A stretch of 62,993 bases of DNA, the filler included, from Klebsormidium nitens (lineage: Eukaryota; Plantae; Klebsormidiophyceae), in the NCBI GenBank assembly GCA_000708835.1. It is 6 parts of 6 records of this genome, joined end to end, with 100 filler letters (N's around TTAATTAATTAA, not from the genome) between each part and the next. Parts side by side here need not be neighbours in the genome. Positions count along the whole stretch, not along the records: positions 30,472 to 38,071 come from DF238297.1; positions 38,172 to 42,876 come from DF237752.1; positions 42,977 to 47,327 come from DF238553.1; 3 more parts are not named here. One strand, written 5' to 3'. Under the pieces are notes generated by a model. It was not told the origin of the DNA, searched no databases, and was given only the letters and a program-made list of their open reading frames with translations. The position numbers and the translations under genes were made by a program. Positions 33,991 through 45,052 of the stretch are shown piece by piece (positions within the stretch are counted from its first letter, which is position 1; every line of letters starts with the position of its first letter).

Positions 33991-35920
33991 TAATCTTTAC
34001 AAGCCCATTAGTACTTTCTCGAGGAGCATGGCAAAATCCACGGAACGACCAAACAATCGACGAACGGAATGATCATCTTTAAGAGAAGCCAGCAAAGCTG
34101 ATAACATGCAATTTTCTCTGCGGTAAGGAACGTGTACAAAGCTGATTGTGGCGTCAGATGACTTGCCGCTCCCGTTGGCCCGGTTCGGATAATCAATGGG
34201 AGTCCATCCTTGCCAGGAAACTTCTTGCGACGAAGGCGCTTACTAATGGTCTAGATCAGATGATTCCAGCATAACTTCGCAAAACCCTCTTCTACTGACC
34301 CGCTGTTAGTTAATTCACTCATTTTCAGCGATTACAAGTCAGGCAACAACTTGAACGTCGAACCGAGCAATCGCGGATACGTACCCCGAGATCGTCAACG
34401 TGTGTCGATTAGCACAGAACGATGTTGCAACGTACGCTGAGGCTTCAGAGCCGGACTAGAGATGCCTTCTTGAGCTTATATCCACTCAAAACTGGGCCCC
34501 ATCCCTAGCCTGCCACGTCCGACGATCGAAAAGCTCCATAAAAGCACACAAGCGACACTTACGAGCGACTAAGGGGAATCCCTGGATACTACTTTCTGCA
34601 AGCCAGGTACAGGCCGACACGTGTTATCATTTTCCTAGTGCGTGCGGAACACGCAGAGCGCTCATGTTTGTTTTTGGTTACCATACGACACTTTTTCCGC
34701 ACGGCTGCGCAGTAATCCAATCAAATGGCATGCGCCACATAACAGGCCAATACAAGTAGATTAAGCTTGAGATTTACATCACGTTATCGGCAAAAGAAGC
34801 GCAACGGGACACTCGTCGCACAGAAACGAGGTTATGGACCACGCACTTACAACAAGCCCCTCTTTTGTCTCCAGGATAGGCAACCAGGCGAACTCGTGCT
34901 AGAAATCGAGGTGAACGGCTTTGTGGGCGACGGCAAGATGGGAAGTGTCGGACTTCCAGACGGTGCAATAATCAGACGGAATGTGAGCTGCCTGTGGTAC
35001 CATAATACGGGTTCGATCACGGCAGCTCACGCTGCGCTCGTGCAGAAAATTCTGTGATCCTGGGACACCCGTTCTTTTTCGAACAATGAAGGCTTTGGTG
35101 GGCTGTCTGCTGGCAGATGTTTTCATTTGATATTTTCACAAAGCAAGGCGGAACAGATGATTGACAAGGCAGCACTTTTGCGCGTACAAAGTCAACCACG
35201 TCGTTTGACACAGCTTACTCGGGATCGAGACTTCAAAGGATGAATATACCTCTAGAGACTTCAAAGGATGAATAAACCAAAGCTTCTAGGCATTTGAGCC
35301 TTCTAGGCTAGTGGCAGCGTCGAGTCACCAAGTAAAGACGCACAGCTTGGCATGGCCCGCACTAGCCCAACTTCAGTGAGAAAGTAAAACGACCGGTATT
35401 GATCAAAAGTAAAGACGGACGATCTGGGCCTCTATGGCTGTTAATAGACAAATCGCGGAGAAGCAGAACGGCAAGACCTTTCGTAAGTTGCTTCAAATTG
35501 TCAAAAACTAATTGGAAGCAACTAGAGATACGCTAGAGAGCCAACGAAAGAGCTGCTTGTTGGCTTAGTAACCGTAGTTATCTGATGGATCGGCGAGGGG
35601 CAATGGCGTCAGAGCTACTTTTCGCCACTGAGAGAGTCTCAGTACGATTCGTCCTTGCCACGCGGAGCCACGATCAGCTCGCTGCTTGTGTTTCAATTAA
35701 GCTTCAGGCTGATATATATAGTACTTGGAGGCTCGTAGATGGAAGCATGGGTGTTAGGTGCTTTATGCAGAAACAAAGAGGCACCTTTGAACTCAGACTG
35801 ATGAACGGCACAGACTGCTCAGGCCCCAGCACCGTCCACTTTTCAAAGAACGACAGCACGAAATATTAGGTCTTGCCGTGCTACGTTATCCATTTCCACA
35901 CCGAGAGGGTTCGCGGGTTC

Positions 35921-36690
35921 ATGTACCACGACCTAAGCGCGGCGGGCGCGCTCGTCAAAGTTCAAGGGGATCACCCTCCTCCCGCGGCAGAAGCCGCGGC
36001 ACGTCAAGAGGCGAAAGACGAAGAGGCGCTAGCTGGGGAGATGGCCGCGCGCAAGCGCGCGGAGTTTTACTTCGGGAAGAGATTTCAGGTGAGGGAGTGC
36101 TTTGCACTGCAAGACAAGAACGCAGGGGAAACGACTGCCAAAAGTTACTTCGGGAAGAGATTACAAGTGAGGGAGTGCTCTACGCCTTAAAATTACAAGA
36201 GCGACCTCCTATTTTACTTTGGGCCGAGATTCCAAGTGAGGGAGAGCTTTCCGCCTCGAGTGAGCTGAAAGATCAACCGGACGACAAGCTGGAAATTGCG
36301 ATCCTAAGAAACATCAGGCCAGAGGATCGGGAAGCACATTTGGGGCCGGAGTGACACCACCGCTGCAGGGCCTGAAAAGTCGCAATGTGTCTTGGAGGCT
36401 TTTGAAATGGGCCGAGCTGAGGCCAAATTCCGCTTCGCCTTGACGATCGATAATCCCGGTACAAGATTCTTCACGGCTGGAACACCTACGAGCAGTGGAT
36501 TCCCTTCAAGCATTGCAAAACGCGGTTCGAAATGATCCACGCCGTCTCCCCCCCCCCCTGCTAGGTCCTGGACTGGAGCCCCCCGGAGGACGACGACGAC
36601 GCGGACGAGCAGATGGTGTACCCGGACGCGGCGTGTTCACACCTCACGGAGGACGGCGACGAAGGCGAGTACACCGCCGAGTACCAGGTC
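35921..36690 (+). CDS. Exons of an unidentified spliced gene
   Basis: MYHDLSAAGALVKVQG...EFYFGKRFQ|GTGAGG (donor at 36089) can join CTAG|GTC CTG GAC TGG (VLDWSPPEDDDDADEQMVYPDAACSHLTEDGDEGEYTAEYQ|GT) in phase 0. No family recognised. Confidence 0.4.
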
Positions 36691-38412
36691 GCCCGATTCG
36701 ACCGGCAGTGGGGCTCGTGTTACGCCCAAAAAAAAGCAAAGTGGGGAAAGAAAGGCTCCGGTTGACCCAAGGAGGGGAGTACACTATACCGAGGAGCCGT
36801 TATCGAGGGGATGGCGTGTTCGCACCTCACGGAAGACGGCGACGAAGGAGAGTACACTGCCAAGTACCAGGTCGCCCGGTTCGACCGGCAGTGGGGCTCA
36901 TGTTACGCCCGGGAAGCTTCGGAACGGGAAAGGAAAGGCTCCCGGTGAGACAGTTGTTAGGAATGGGAGGAGATCGAGAGAGGTAACCTGGGGAAGAATC
37001 TGTTCACGCGAACCGGTTCGTTCCGACGACGAGAAGAGTCCTGATGTCCTGGCCTTGGCGAGCAGGTTTAACGGGGAAACTCAGCTTTTGGGAACGAACC
37101 ACTTTTCCCTCAGCGGACAATCAATCCCAGAGGGACTGCTCTTGAGGGTTCTGAGCAACTCGCGATGACAGCCGAGAAATGAGCGCCTGCGGCGCGCAGT
37201 GGTCTAGGTGAGTCGCCCTGACGGCTTTTGAGCTTCCGCAAGAATTCGAAGCCGGCGTTGGGATCTTCACTTACCTCTACGCGACCTCCGGATATCGAGT
37301 GTGCTGCATTCGGATTGATACCTGGACTGAGAACGTGTACAGTTAAACGATTCGAAGAGGGGCATTCGAAAGAGACTCGAAAGGGATAGCAATGACATTA
37401 GACGGAACACAGTTCTGGCCGAGATCTTTCTCCCCGATCAAATATCAAGGCTGACGTAGGATCTGGAGACTGCACATTTCTTGGTTTATACGCCGTACTC
37501 AGAACTCCAGCAGACTATTTGGGTTTGGCGTTATACGTTTCCGAGCTACCAACTCTTACGGCTGTGGTCAAGCCGTTGACCTTTCGAGGTACTGCCCCCA
37601 TAATGCACCTTCCGCTTCCAGGCTGTATACTTACCTCGTATGCTCAACTCATTTTGCAGAGCCGATGACGAATCCTCGAGAACTTGTTTGTTCTACAAAG
37701 ATGGTCCGCAGTCACTAAAGCCAGGCTCTCCGTTGAATATGAATAGCATCAGCACGATCTGGTACGATAGTCGCGTTGGCGACTTGAAGGTGACTTATCG
37801 GATGATTTGCGTCCGTATTCGCTTGCATTTCACCTTATTAGGACACCAACAGAGCGAGGCTGTTCCCGCCACTACTCTGCTAATTGCGATCATCGAGTTG
37901 AGCACTCTGAATCTGGCTAGAAGAATGTAATGTAATTGGCGGATTGCAGAAATCAGAAATTCCTCGGGACGCTCGAAGCCATAGCGCAGTGCAGCCGCCT
38001 GCAAAACATCAACACAAACGGATGCGAGTCTCAGGCTAGTACTTCTAGCTGCCCTGCGCAGATTAAGGTGCNNNNNNNNNNNNNNNNNNNNNNNNNNNNN
38101 NNNNNNNNNNNNNNNTTAATTAATTAANNNNNNNNNNNNNNNNNNNNNNNNNNNNNNNNNNNNNNNNNNNNGTGCCTGCTTTTTTGAATGATGCCAAACA
38201 AAACGTTTGAATATGCATAGTGCATAGTGCATAGTGCTTAGCAGCATCGTCTTCCTCTTGCAAGTCGTTCTGTGCACAAGATGTGTAAGTTGAGTGGGCA
38301 GTCATTGCCTTTGTGACTTGCTGAAACCCGTCTGTGCGCACCCTTTTAGAGGATGCAACTCACAAAACGCTTGGAAGTGCTTACTAAGAACAGTCCCCCT
38401 CCTTTTGTGCAG

Positions 38413-39021
38413 CTCGTCCTGTGCACCAACTACCTGCCAAAGACGGACAAGACCTGGTCCGTTGCATTGCGGCGGCGTCTGCAGCTCGTGTGCTTCCTCA
38501 AGCGTTACTTCTCCCCACACGAGAAGGGATACGACCCCAACAACCCGCTGCACGGGCCCGTGGATACGCGGCTTCTTGCCACGTTGACCACGGAGCCGAA
38601 CATGCAAGAGCTTTTGGCGTGGCTGGTGGCGGGAGCTGTGAAGTGGTACCAAAACGGACAGCAGCTCTACCCCATGCCAAAACGGAGTGAGCAGGCACTT
38701 CGTGAGTACGAAGAAGAAAACGACGACTTCGAGGCCTTTGTGCGCAACAGCTGCATTGTTGGAGAGGATCTCTTTATCTCCACCAAGGCGGCTTTGGAGG
38801 CGTACCATGATCCTCAGCGAAAGGTGGACGGTACATTCGTCTCGAACTGCAGTGCACTCAAGAATAAGAGCTTGAAAGTAGTCATGATCAACCATGGATA
38901 CAAAGGCCCAGGAAAGCCTAGCGAGCTCGGATTGGGGGGGGAGTATACCGGTTCTCAAGAGCGAGGGTACCGAGGTCTAGCCTTGAAACCCCCTGGGCAG
39001 TCCCTTGGAGAGTTGTCTTGA
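38413..39021 (+). CDS. Last exon of a D5/P4-like primase-helicase (superfamily 3 helicase C-terminus plus winged-helix region)
   Basis: Acceptor TTTTGTGCAG| then LVLCTNYLP...ALRRRLQLVCF...ELLAWLVAGAVKWYQNG...REYEEENDDFEAFVRNSC, covering motif C, the arginine finger and the C-terminal pattern of D5-like ATPases. Walker A/B exons were not found (N gap upstream). Confidence 0.85.
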   Translation, partial: LVLCTNYLPKTDKTWSVALRRRLQLVCFLKRYFSPHEKGYDPNNPLHGPVDTRLLATLTTEPNMQELLAWLVAGAVKWYQNGQQLYPMPKRSEQALREYEEENDDFEAFVRNSCIVGEDLFISTKAALEAYHDPQRKVDGTFVSNCSALKNKSLKVVMINHGYKGPGKPSELGLGGEYTGSQERGYRGLALKPPGQSLGELS

Positions 39022-39398
39022 CAACGGAGGCACCGCTACGTTGGAGTAACTTATTTAACGGCTTTTCTAGCTGTTATTGCTCCAATATTTGAAGTATGTT
39101 TCGAATGAGAATCCAGCACTGGTTTGTCCGTTAGGTTCTATAAAGTTCCATGTTGGTTTGTAGGGTGTTAGTATTGGATATTGGTTGGTGTACATCTCTC
39201 ATAATCTTGATGATTCTATGTGAATGTACACGATCCACTTCAATCTTGCAGCGACTGTTAACGTATGTATATTGTTTTCAACACGTCGCACTTAGAGTGT
39301 GTGCTTGAAGGCGCAAACACAAAGTCCGCGCCGTGGTTCGTAGTTAAAGTGATCATAGAATCGACAATCCCATATTGTATTCGTTTGATTCATTCAAA

Positions 39399-40165
39399 CA
39401 CTTGCTTAGGGATAAAAGCCAATATGTAGCCCTTTGTTCTTAAGTAGGTAATCTATATATGTTATCTAATAAAGGTTTGAAGGTAGAATCATTGTGTTTT
39501 ACTTCTTCTGAATTGACGCACATAATATGGAATGGGATAATGTATGGCATGGCCTTATTACATACATATTTGCACGTGAGGTCAAAAGGGAAAGAGTCCC
39601 ATTGTTTATCTGTTATAATTTTCTTCCGGAAAGTCAATTATAATATTAAGCATCTTTTTGGGTATGGTCATTTACTACATACATATTTACAATGAAGGCC
39701 CGAAGGAGAAAAGTCGTAATGCTTATCCGTTATAATTCTTTTCCTCTGGACAAAAGAAAATTATAACAGATATGAATATGAAATGGTCGGAACCTCCTCA
39801 ATCTTGCTGATATGTATGTATGTACTGTTGCCCATCGGTCGCTCGTCAACTTAAAGGGGCATGCATGCGCATATTGTGTGGCTTGAAGGAAGTATATCCC
39901 GGCGCACCCGTCGGGCTTTACAAACTCGTGTATGTCCCGTCTGCCCGTCTATAGGCTCCGAGAATTACAACCTTCGGATATGATGCCATGTGAATATTGA
40001 GTATATGCCCTGAGAAAGGCTTGCCAATGCTCCTGTCTGTGCTGTCTTCCTGTCTGGTCACTCCGTAAACTATAATAGCCCAACATGTTGGCAGGCATGG
40101 TTGAGGAGAGGCGAGGAGAATTAGACCAAACTTCCTGTCTGTCATGTCTTCCCGTCTGCTCGCTG
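39399..40165 (-). repeat. Inverted copy of the terminal module (hairpin, AT-rich repeats, ACAGACAGG minisatellite)
   Basis: Reverse complement reads CTACTTAAGAACAAAGGG...CTTTTATCCCTAAGCAAGTG at 39399-39450; TACATACAT repeats at 39540-39830; CTGTCTTCCTGTCTG units at 39930-40165. Confidence 0.8.
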
Positions 40166-40247
40166 CCATCATGTGTCATCAGTGCATGAGCTTAGGGAAT
40201 AGCGAGATGCACTAAACGTTCAATCTTTGACACGTCTAGGTCACACT

Positions 40248-41342
40248 ATGGCGACATTCACTGACGCCGCAACCGCTTTGCCCGAGCCTCCCATTCCGCA
40301 AGCCACTCCACAACTTTGGGAGAAGAGTGGCGCTTGCTTTGTGTGCCTCGAGCGGCACTCACATATTCAGCCCGTGACTTGCAGCAAGGGCTTTGCATCG
40401 AAGCAAGCCCTAGAAGCTCATCGTAGGAGGACCGGCTGCGAGCCGGCAAAGCTGCCGAGCGACCGACCCGTCTCAAAGTTCCATGGTCTAGATCCAGAGG
40501 CCGCCCGTCAAGTGAGACATGAAAGCAATCAGACAGCCGTTGTAAAATACAGGACCACGATTGCGGGAGAACGGGCCGTCTTTCGCACGCGTCACATAGC
40601 AAAGTACCGTGCCCTTGCCATCACCGCTGTCCCACAACCGCCCCAGCCCGAGGGTCCAGAGTACATGCCACCACCTATCTCATGGCTGCTCGCGGATGCC
40701 GAGTTTGGCGCCCAAGAGGTCAAAGCAAGATTCAATAGCGGGCAGATTCACTTGAATCATTCTGCATGGTCTCTCCGATTCCATCCGGACAAGGTGGAGG
40801 TGAGTTGCCCAGTAGTGATTTTGTTGTTAGCTCGTCAACATGTTGGTTGATGTACACGATTATATAGCTATTGGACGTGTACATTCATCGATATTGAGTA
40901 ATTGGTGGTGTACATCCTCTCTCAATCATATGCTTTGTTCATGAATGGTCCCCTTTCCCATATGCAGGGGAGGAGTCCAAGGCACCTACAGCAGTTTGCC
41001 CGCTTCTACAATCACATCTTAGAGCGGGAGTGCAACACAATTGACCGTTCGAATTGGGAGACGGTTCGTGCATACTACGCAACGCAGCTCTTTGGGCCAC
41101 TCAATTCCGACCGTTTCAAACCCGGATTAAGTGCCCAAAAAGCCGGAGGTATGCTTTGGAAGGCGTGGCTGAACGTGGAGATGACGCTCGTCAATGAATA
41201 CATGGCATACTTAGTGAGGTTTGCCGACTATGAGAGCGCATTGGAAAGATCAAGAAAGGCACTCGAAGAAGCTCGGCAGAGGTGGATTGCTATCGAGATA
41301 GAGAAGAAGTTTAAGAATTCAAAGGCTTTCAAACGTTGTTAG
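40248..41342 (+). CDS. Spliced zinc finger + J-domain-like protein, copy B; exons 40248-40799 and 40968-41342
   Basis: Phase-0 intron 40800-40967 (GTGAGT...TATGCAG) gives FHPDKVE-GRSPRHLQQFARFYNHIL; near-identical to copy A. Confidence 0.72.
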
Positions 41343-41424
41343 GTGCAGGCCGCAGATTAAGTAGGTGCTCGAAGCTTTGGATTTTTTGTTTCCTTATCAT
41401 CAAGACAGCTCTCTTTACAACCAA

Positions 41425-41967
41425 ATGGACATGATTCTAGGGCATCGACCCCAGTCTCGGTTTGCCATTCTTGAGATGGATAAGAATGTACTCGATCTCG
41501 CAAGGTCTGCAATTGTGCGATGTTATCGCGAGCAGGGTCTTTTGAGCACGACACTCGATATCGGTAGCTTGGCTGGTATCCGAGCATTAACTTACCCTTT
41601 TGATCTTGCGCATATCACACGAGCGGTTGTTCGATCGCTCGTTGCTGAGGGATTCAACGCCCATTGGGACAAGACCACCTTGAACGGTAATGGATCTTTG
41701 TACGTTGTACACGTTAGCTGGAGACTTGCCTTGAACTATGCGCAAAGGGCCAGGCGCAAGGCCCGTGAACGTCAAAAGCAGCGAGTCAAAACACACAAAG
41801 TCCCGACCGATGATATGGCTCATGACAGCAATTGTACATCTCCGGGATACGCCCCAAGTATTACTTGGATAGACGATGTGGATCCCGTCCTCGACCTAGA
41901 TATGCTGGCAAACCCAGATAAGCTCCTCAAAAGTGATGGATTGCATGATATACCGTCCCCTAGATAA
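41425..41967 (+). CDS. Conserved unknown element ORF (ORF-C), copy B
   Basis: Homologous to 699-1250, with a conserved start Met. Confidence 0.7.
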   Translation: MDMILGHRPQSRFAILEMDKNVLDLARSAIVRCYREQGLLSTTLDIGSLAGIRALTYPFDLAHITRAVVRSLVAEGFNAHWDKTTLNGNGSLYVVHVSWRLALNYAQRARRKARERQKQRVKTHKVPTDDMAHDSNCTSPGYAPSITWIDDVDPVLDLDMLANPDKLLKSDGLHDIPSPR

Positions 41968-42234
41968 TAAACTTGCTAAAAAGCTACCGTTTCACAAAAA
42001 ATGTACCACCATATTCACAGTATCTGGCCTTATTCACTTATCGGCCGAAAATCTACTATCTACTAAGGGGACCAATGCGGGTTCTAGAAGCTTTTGGTCG
42101 TTAGATAACCTGTAAAAGCTCCTACATGACATCAAGACCAATGAAAAGATTTTGAACTTGGATATTCACTTATCCAGGCCCTCGAGGTAAGTCGCTTGGT
42201 CGAAATTATTTTCAAGTATCTAGATAACTTAGTT

Positions 42235-42876
42235 ATGCAAGCGTCCAACGACGATATCAAAACCGTAACCACTCTAACAACAGGCGAAAAGCTACTGCAC
42301 AAGGTTTTTGACGATGGCACCCGAAAACCTCTGACTGTTCTCCAATACTGCAACCATGTTATGCGACTCTTCAAAGGCCTTCACGCTCCAGCTCGAGACT
42401 TTGATAGTTTGATTGGATTAAAGATTCAGCTGCTATTATTGAGTATTTTGATAACGCTTATTCCACCAAGCTATCGATGCAGGCAACGGGCTTAAACCCC
42501 CTCCTAGTGGTCGTGCGCAAAGTATTTCCCAGTGAGCAGCAACTCTATGATGCTTATTACAAGAGGTACACTGCTGTCCGTGAGATGATGGAAAAGGCAA
42601 GGCCACCTCCGCAGGTCATGACAGAGGCCGAGTTTAGGAATTGGAAGTCTCTTGAGCAGATTAATGAGCTTCGTACAACGCTGCAACGGCGCGTGAATCG
42701 AACGATTCTCCCCAAATCGCCCGATCAATTGACGATTGGAGACAAAGTGATCCTCATTCGTCACTTAGTGTTGTGCCTTTATACCTACAGTCCAGCCGTC
42801 CGAAACGATTACTCTGACCTTCCAATCCTTTGTTTTGAGAACATTGGCACCGCTGCGGCAAAGGAGCTAATGGAAG
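42235..42876 (+). pseudogene. PLV/virophage-type tyrosine recombinase, copy B, with a 1-nt frameshift; truncated by an assembly gap
   Basis: Frameshift near 42408-42411 relative to copy A (DFDSL/DWIKD). LVLCLYTYSPAVRNDYSDL has the catalytic Arg codon at 42801. The C-terminal HxxR/Y motifs are not visible. Confidence 0.68.
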
Positions 42877-43399
42877 NNNNNNNNNNNNNNNNNNNNNNNN
42901 NNNNNNNNNNNNNNNNNNNNTTAATTAATTAANNNNNNNNNNNNNNNNNNNNNNNNNNNNNNNNNNNNNNNNNNNNGCAAGGAGACTGCAAACGTGGGGT
43001 GGCACAGGGCTTCATACGGAAGCACTGTCAGTGGAAGAGTATACGTGAGTTGTATTTCTTCATACACATTTATACGAGAGATTGTGGTCGTTGGCTGGAA
43101 TGGTATGGGATATTCCCTTGCGTAGCACTTAACTTCTGGGTTGCGCATGTCAGGCTGACCTCTCGTACACACCACGATTCCGCTGCCCACTGGTGCGAGT
43201 TAGCTTGTCAGTGACTTCGGGGTTACTCCCAGGTTGCGGTTAGTGACGGGTTAGCTTGCGTTAGTGTAACTCTGAGCCATTCGGAGGCGGGAACTAGTCA
43301 AGCGAGTGGTTTTGAGTGACTAGTGGTCCCGGCGTTCCGGTGGTCTTTCTAGTTCAGTACACATACCTGAAAAAGATGCCATTTCGTAATTGCCTTTTT

Positions 43400-43560
43400 G
43401 AGGAAGAAGAAATAACCCTAGGTACTTAGGGAGTGCATGCCCGGATCGAACTGGTACCACTTGAGTCTCCGACTTCAGGGTTCGACCCCTGGTACCACCT
43501 TCACTCTTTTGGGTCTTGGGGGGTATGACGTGGTGGCCTGGGAGTGGCCCAAATTTAACA
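43400..43560 (+). repeat. Diverged copy of the post-hairpin GC segment
   Basis: CTTAGGGAGTGCATGCCCGG...TTCGACCCC...TGACGTGGTGGCC...GTGGCCCAAATTT resembles 6866-7020 and 13540-13680. Confidence 0.45.
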
Positions 43561-45052
43561 CCGTTGTGTTGGCTAAAAGGGGCTGTCCATAATAGGGCAG
43601 CTCGCGCTGTTTAGAACAATCTAGGAGCTAGACCTCTAGCTTTAGTAGTTTTTATCGATTGCGGAGATCTTCTCACGGCCGCAGCTTCTGATCCCATCAT
43701 TGACATTTGAGGTGTTGTGGCACCGCTGATTCGAGATTGAGTTGGCTTGGCTAATGTCTTGCTTTATATGTTGATTATCATTGTTATTCTTATTATATAT
43801 TAATGTGGCGGCTAAACTTTCAATTGCATGTTGCCAACATCTGCGATGCTAAGCTGGGCATGCTCATGCACAACCGACCACACNNNNNNNNNNNNNNNNN
43901 NNNNNNNNNNNNNNNNNNNNNNNNNNNNNNNNNNNNNNNNNNNNNNNNNNNNNNNNNNNNNNNNNNNNNNNNNNNNNNNNNNNNNNNNNNNNNNNNNNNN
44001 NNNNNNNNNNNNNNNNNNNNNNNNNNNNNNNNNNNNNNNNNNNNNNNNNNNNNNNNNNNNNNNNNNNNNNNNNNNNNNNNNNNNNNNNNNNNNNNNNNNN
44101 NNNNNNNNNNNNNNNNNNNNNNNNNNNNNNNNNNNNNNNNNNNNNNNNNNNNNNNNNNNNNNNNNNNNNNNNNNNNNNNNNNNNNNNNNNNNNNNNNNNN
44201 NNNNNNNNNNNNNNNNNNNNNNNNNNNNNNNNNNNNNNNNNNNNNNNNNNNNNNNNNNNNNNNNNNNNNNNNNNNNNNNNNNNNNNNNNNNNNNNNNNNN
44301 NNNNNNNNNNNNNNNNNNNNNNNNNNNNNNNNNNNNNNNNNNNNNNNNNNNNNNNNNNNNNNNNNNNNNNNNNNNNNNNNNNNNNNNNNNNNNNNNNNNN
44401 NNNNNNNNNNNNNNNNNNNNNNNNNNNNNNNNNNNNNNNNNNNNNNNNNNNNNNNNNNNNNNNNNNNNNNNNNNNNNNNNNNNNNNNNNNNNNNNNNNNN
44501 NNNNNNNNNNNNTCTGGTTCGATGTGTTGCAGGCACTGACAGAGTTTCCGGTACTCAAAGTGGCTCGTTTTGCACTTCGATCGAAGACTTCCGAAGGCAT
44601 GCAATCAGATTAACATGCGCCGCTCCTTCGCCCTAATAGGCATTCTTCTTATACATGATATTATACAAGCTCACCATTCTCGTGCCGGCTGAAAGCAATA
44701 TGCTCTCATATGCGCGCGCGCAAGTTATTCCTCAAATAACCAAAAGCCCACCCCTCGGAAATGCGCAGAGTTGACAAACTCGCATACTCATTTGCCAAAC
44801 TTTCATTGACCGTTTGTGTAAAGAGATTTGGGGTATTTTAAGCATTCAAGCTGCTCAAAACCTGAACGGCACATACAAAGGCTTCCACAAACGTTGTGAA
44901 CAAGGATGTATCAACGAGAGGGGTTGAGTCCATGTCGAGATTAATGTCCACATCAACTTGTTCAAGTCTAGCGTCGCCCTCATACAGCAACTAGACCTCT
45001 CAAACGTTTCGAAGACCACCCTCGCGACAACTGAAGGGCTCTTCACTGCTCC

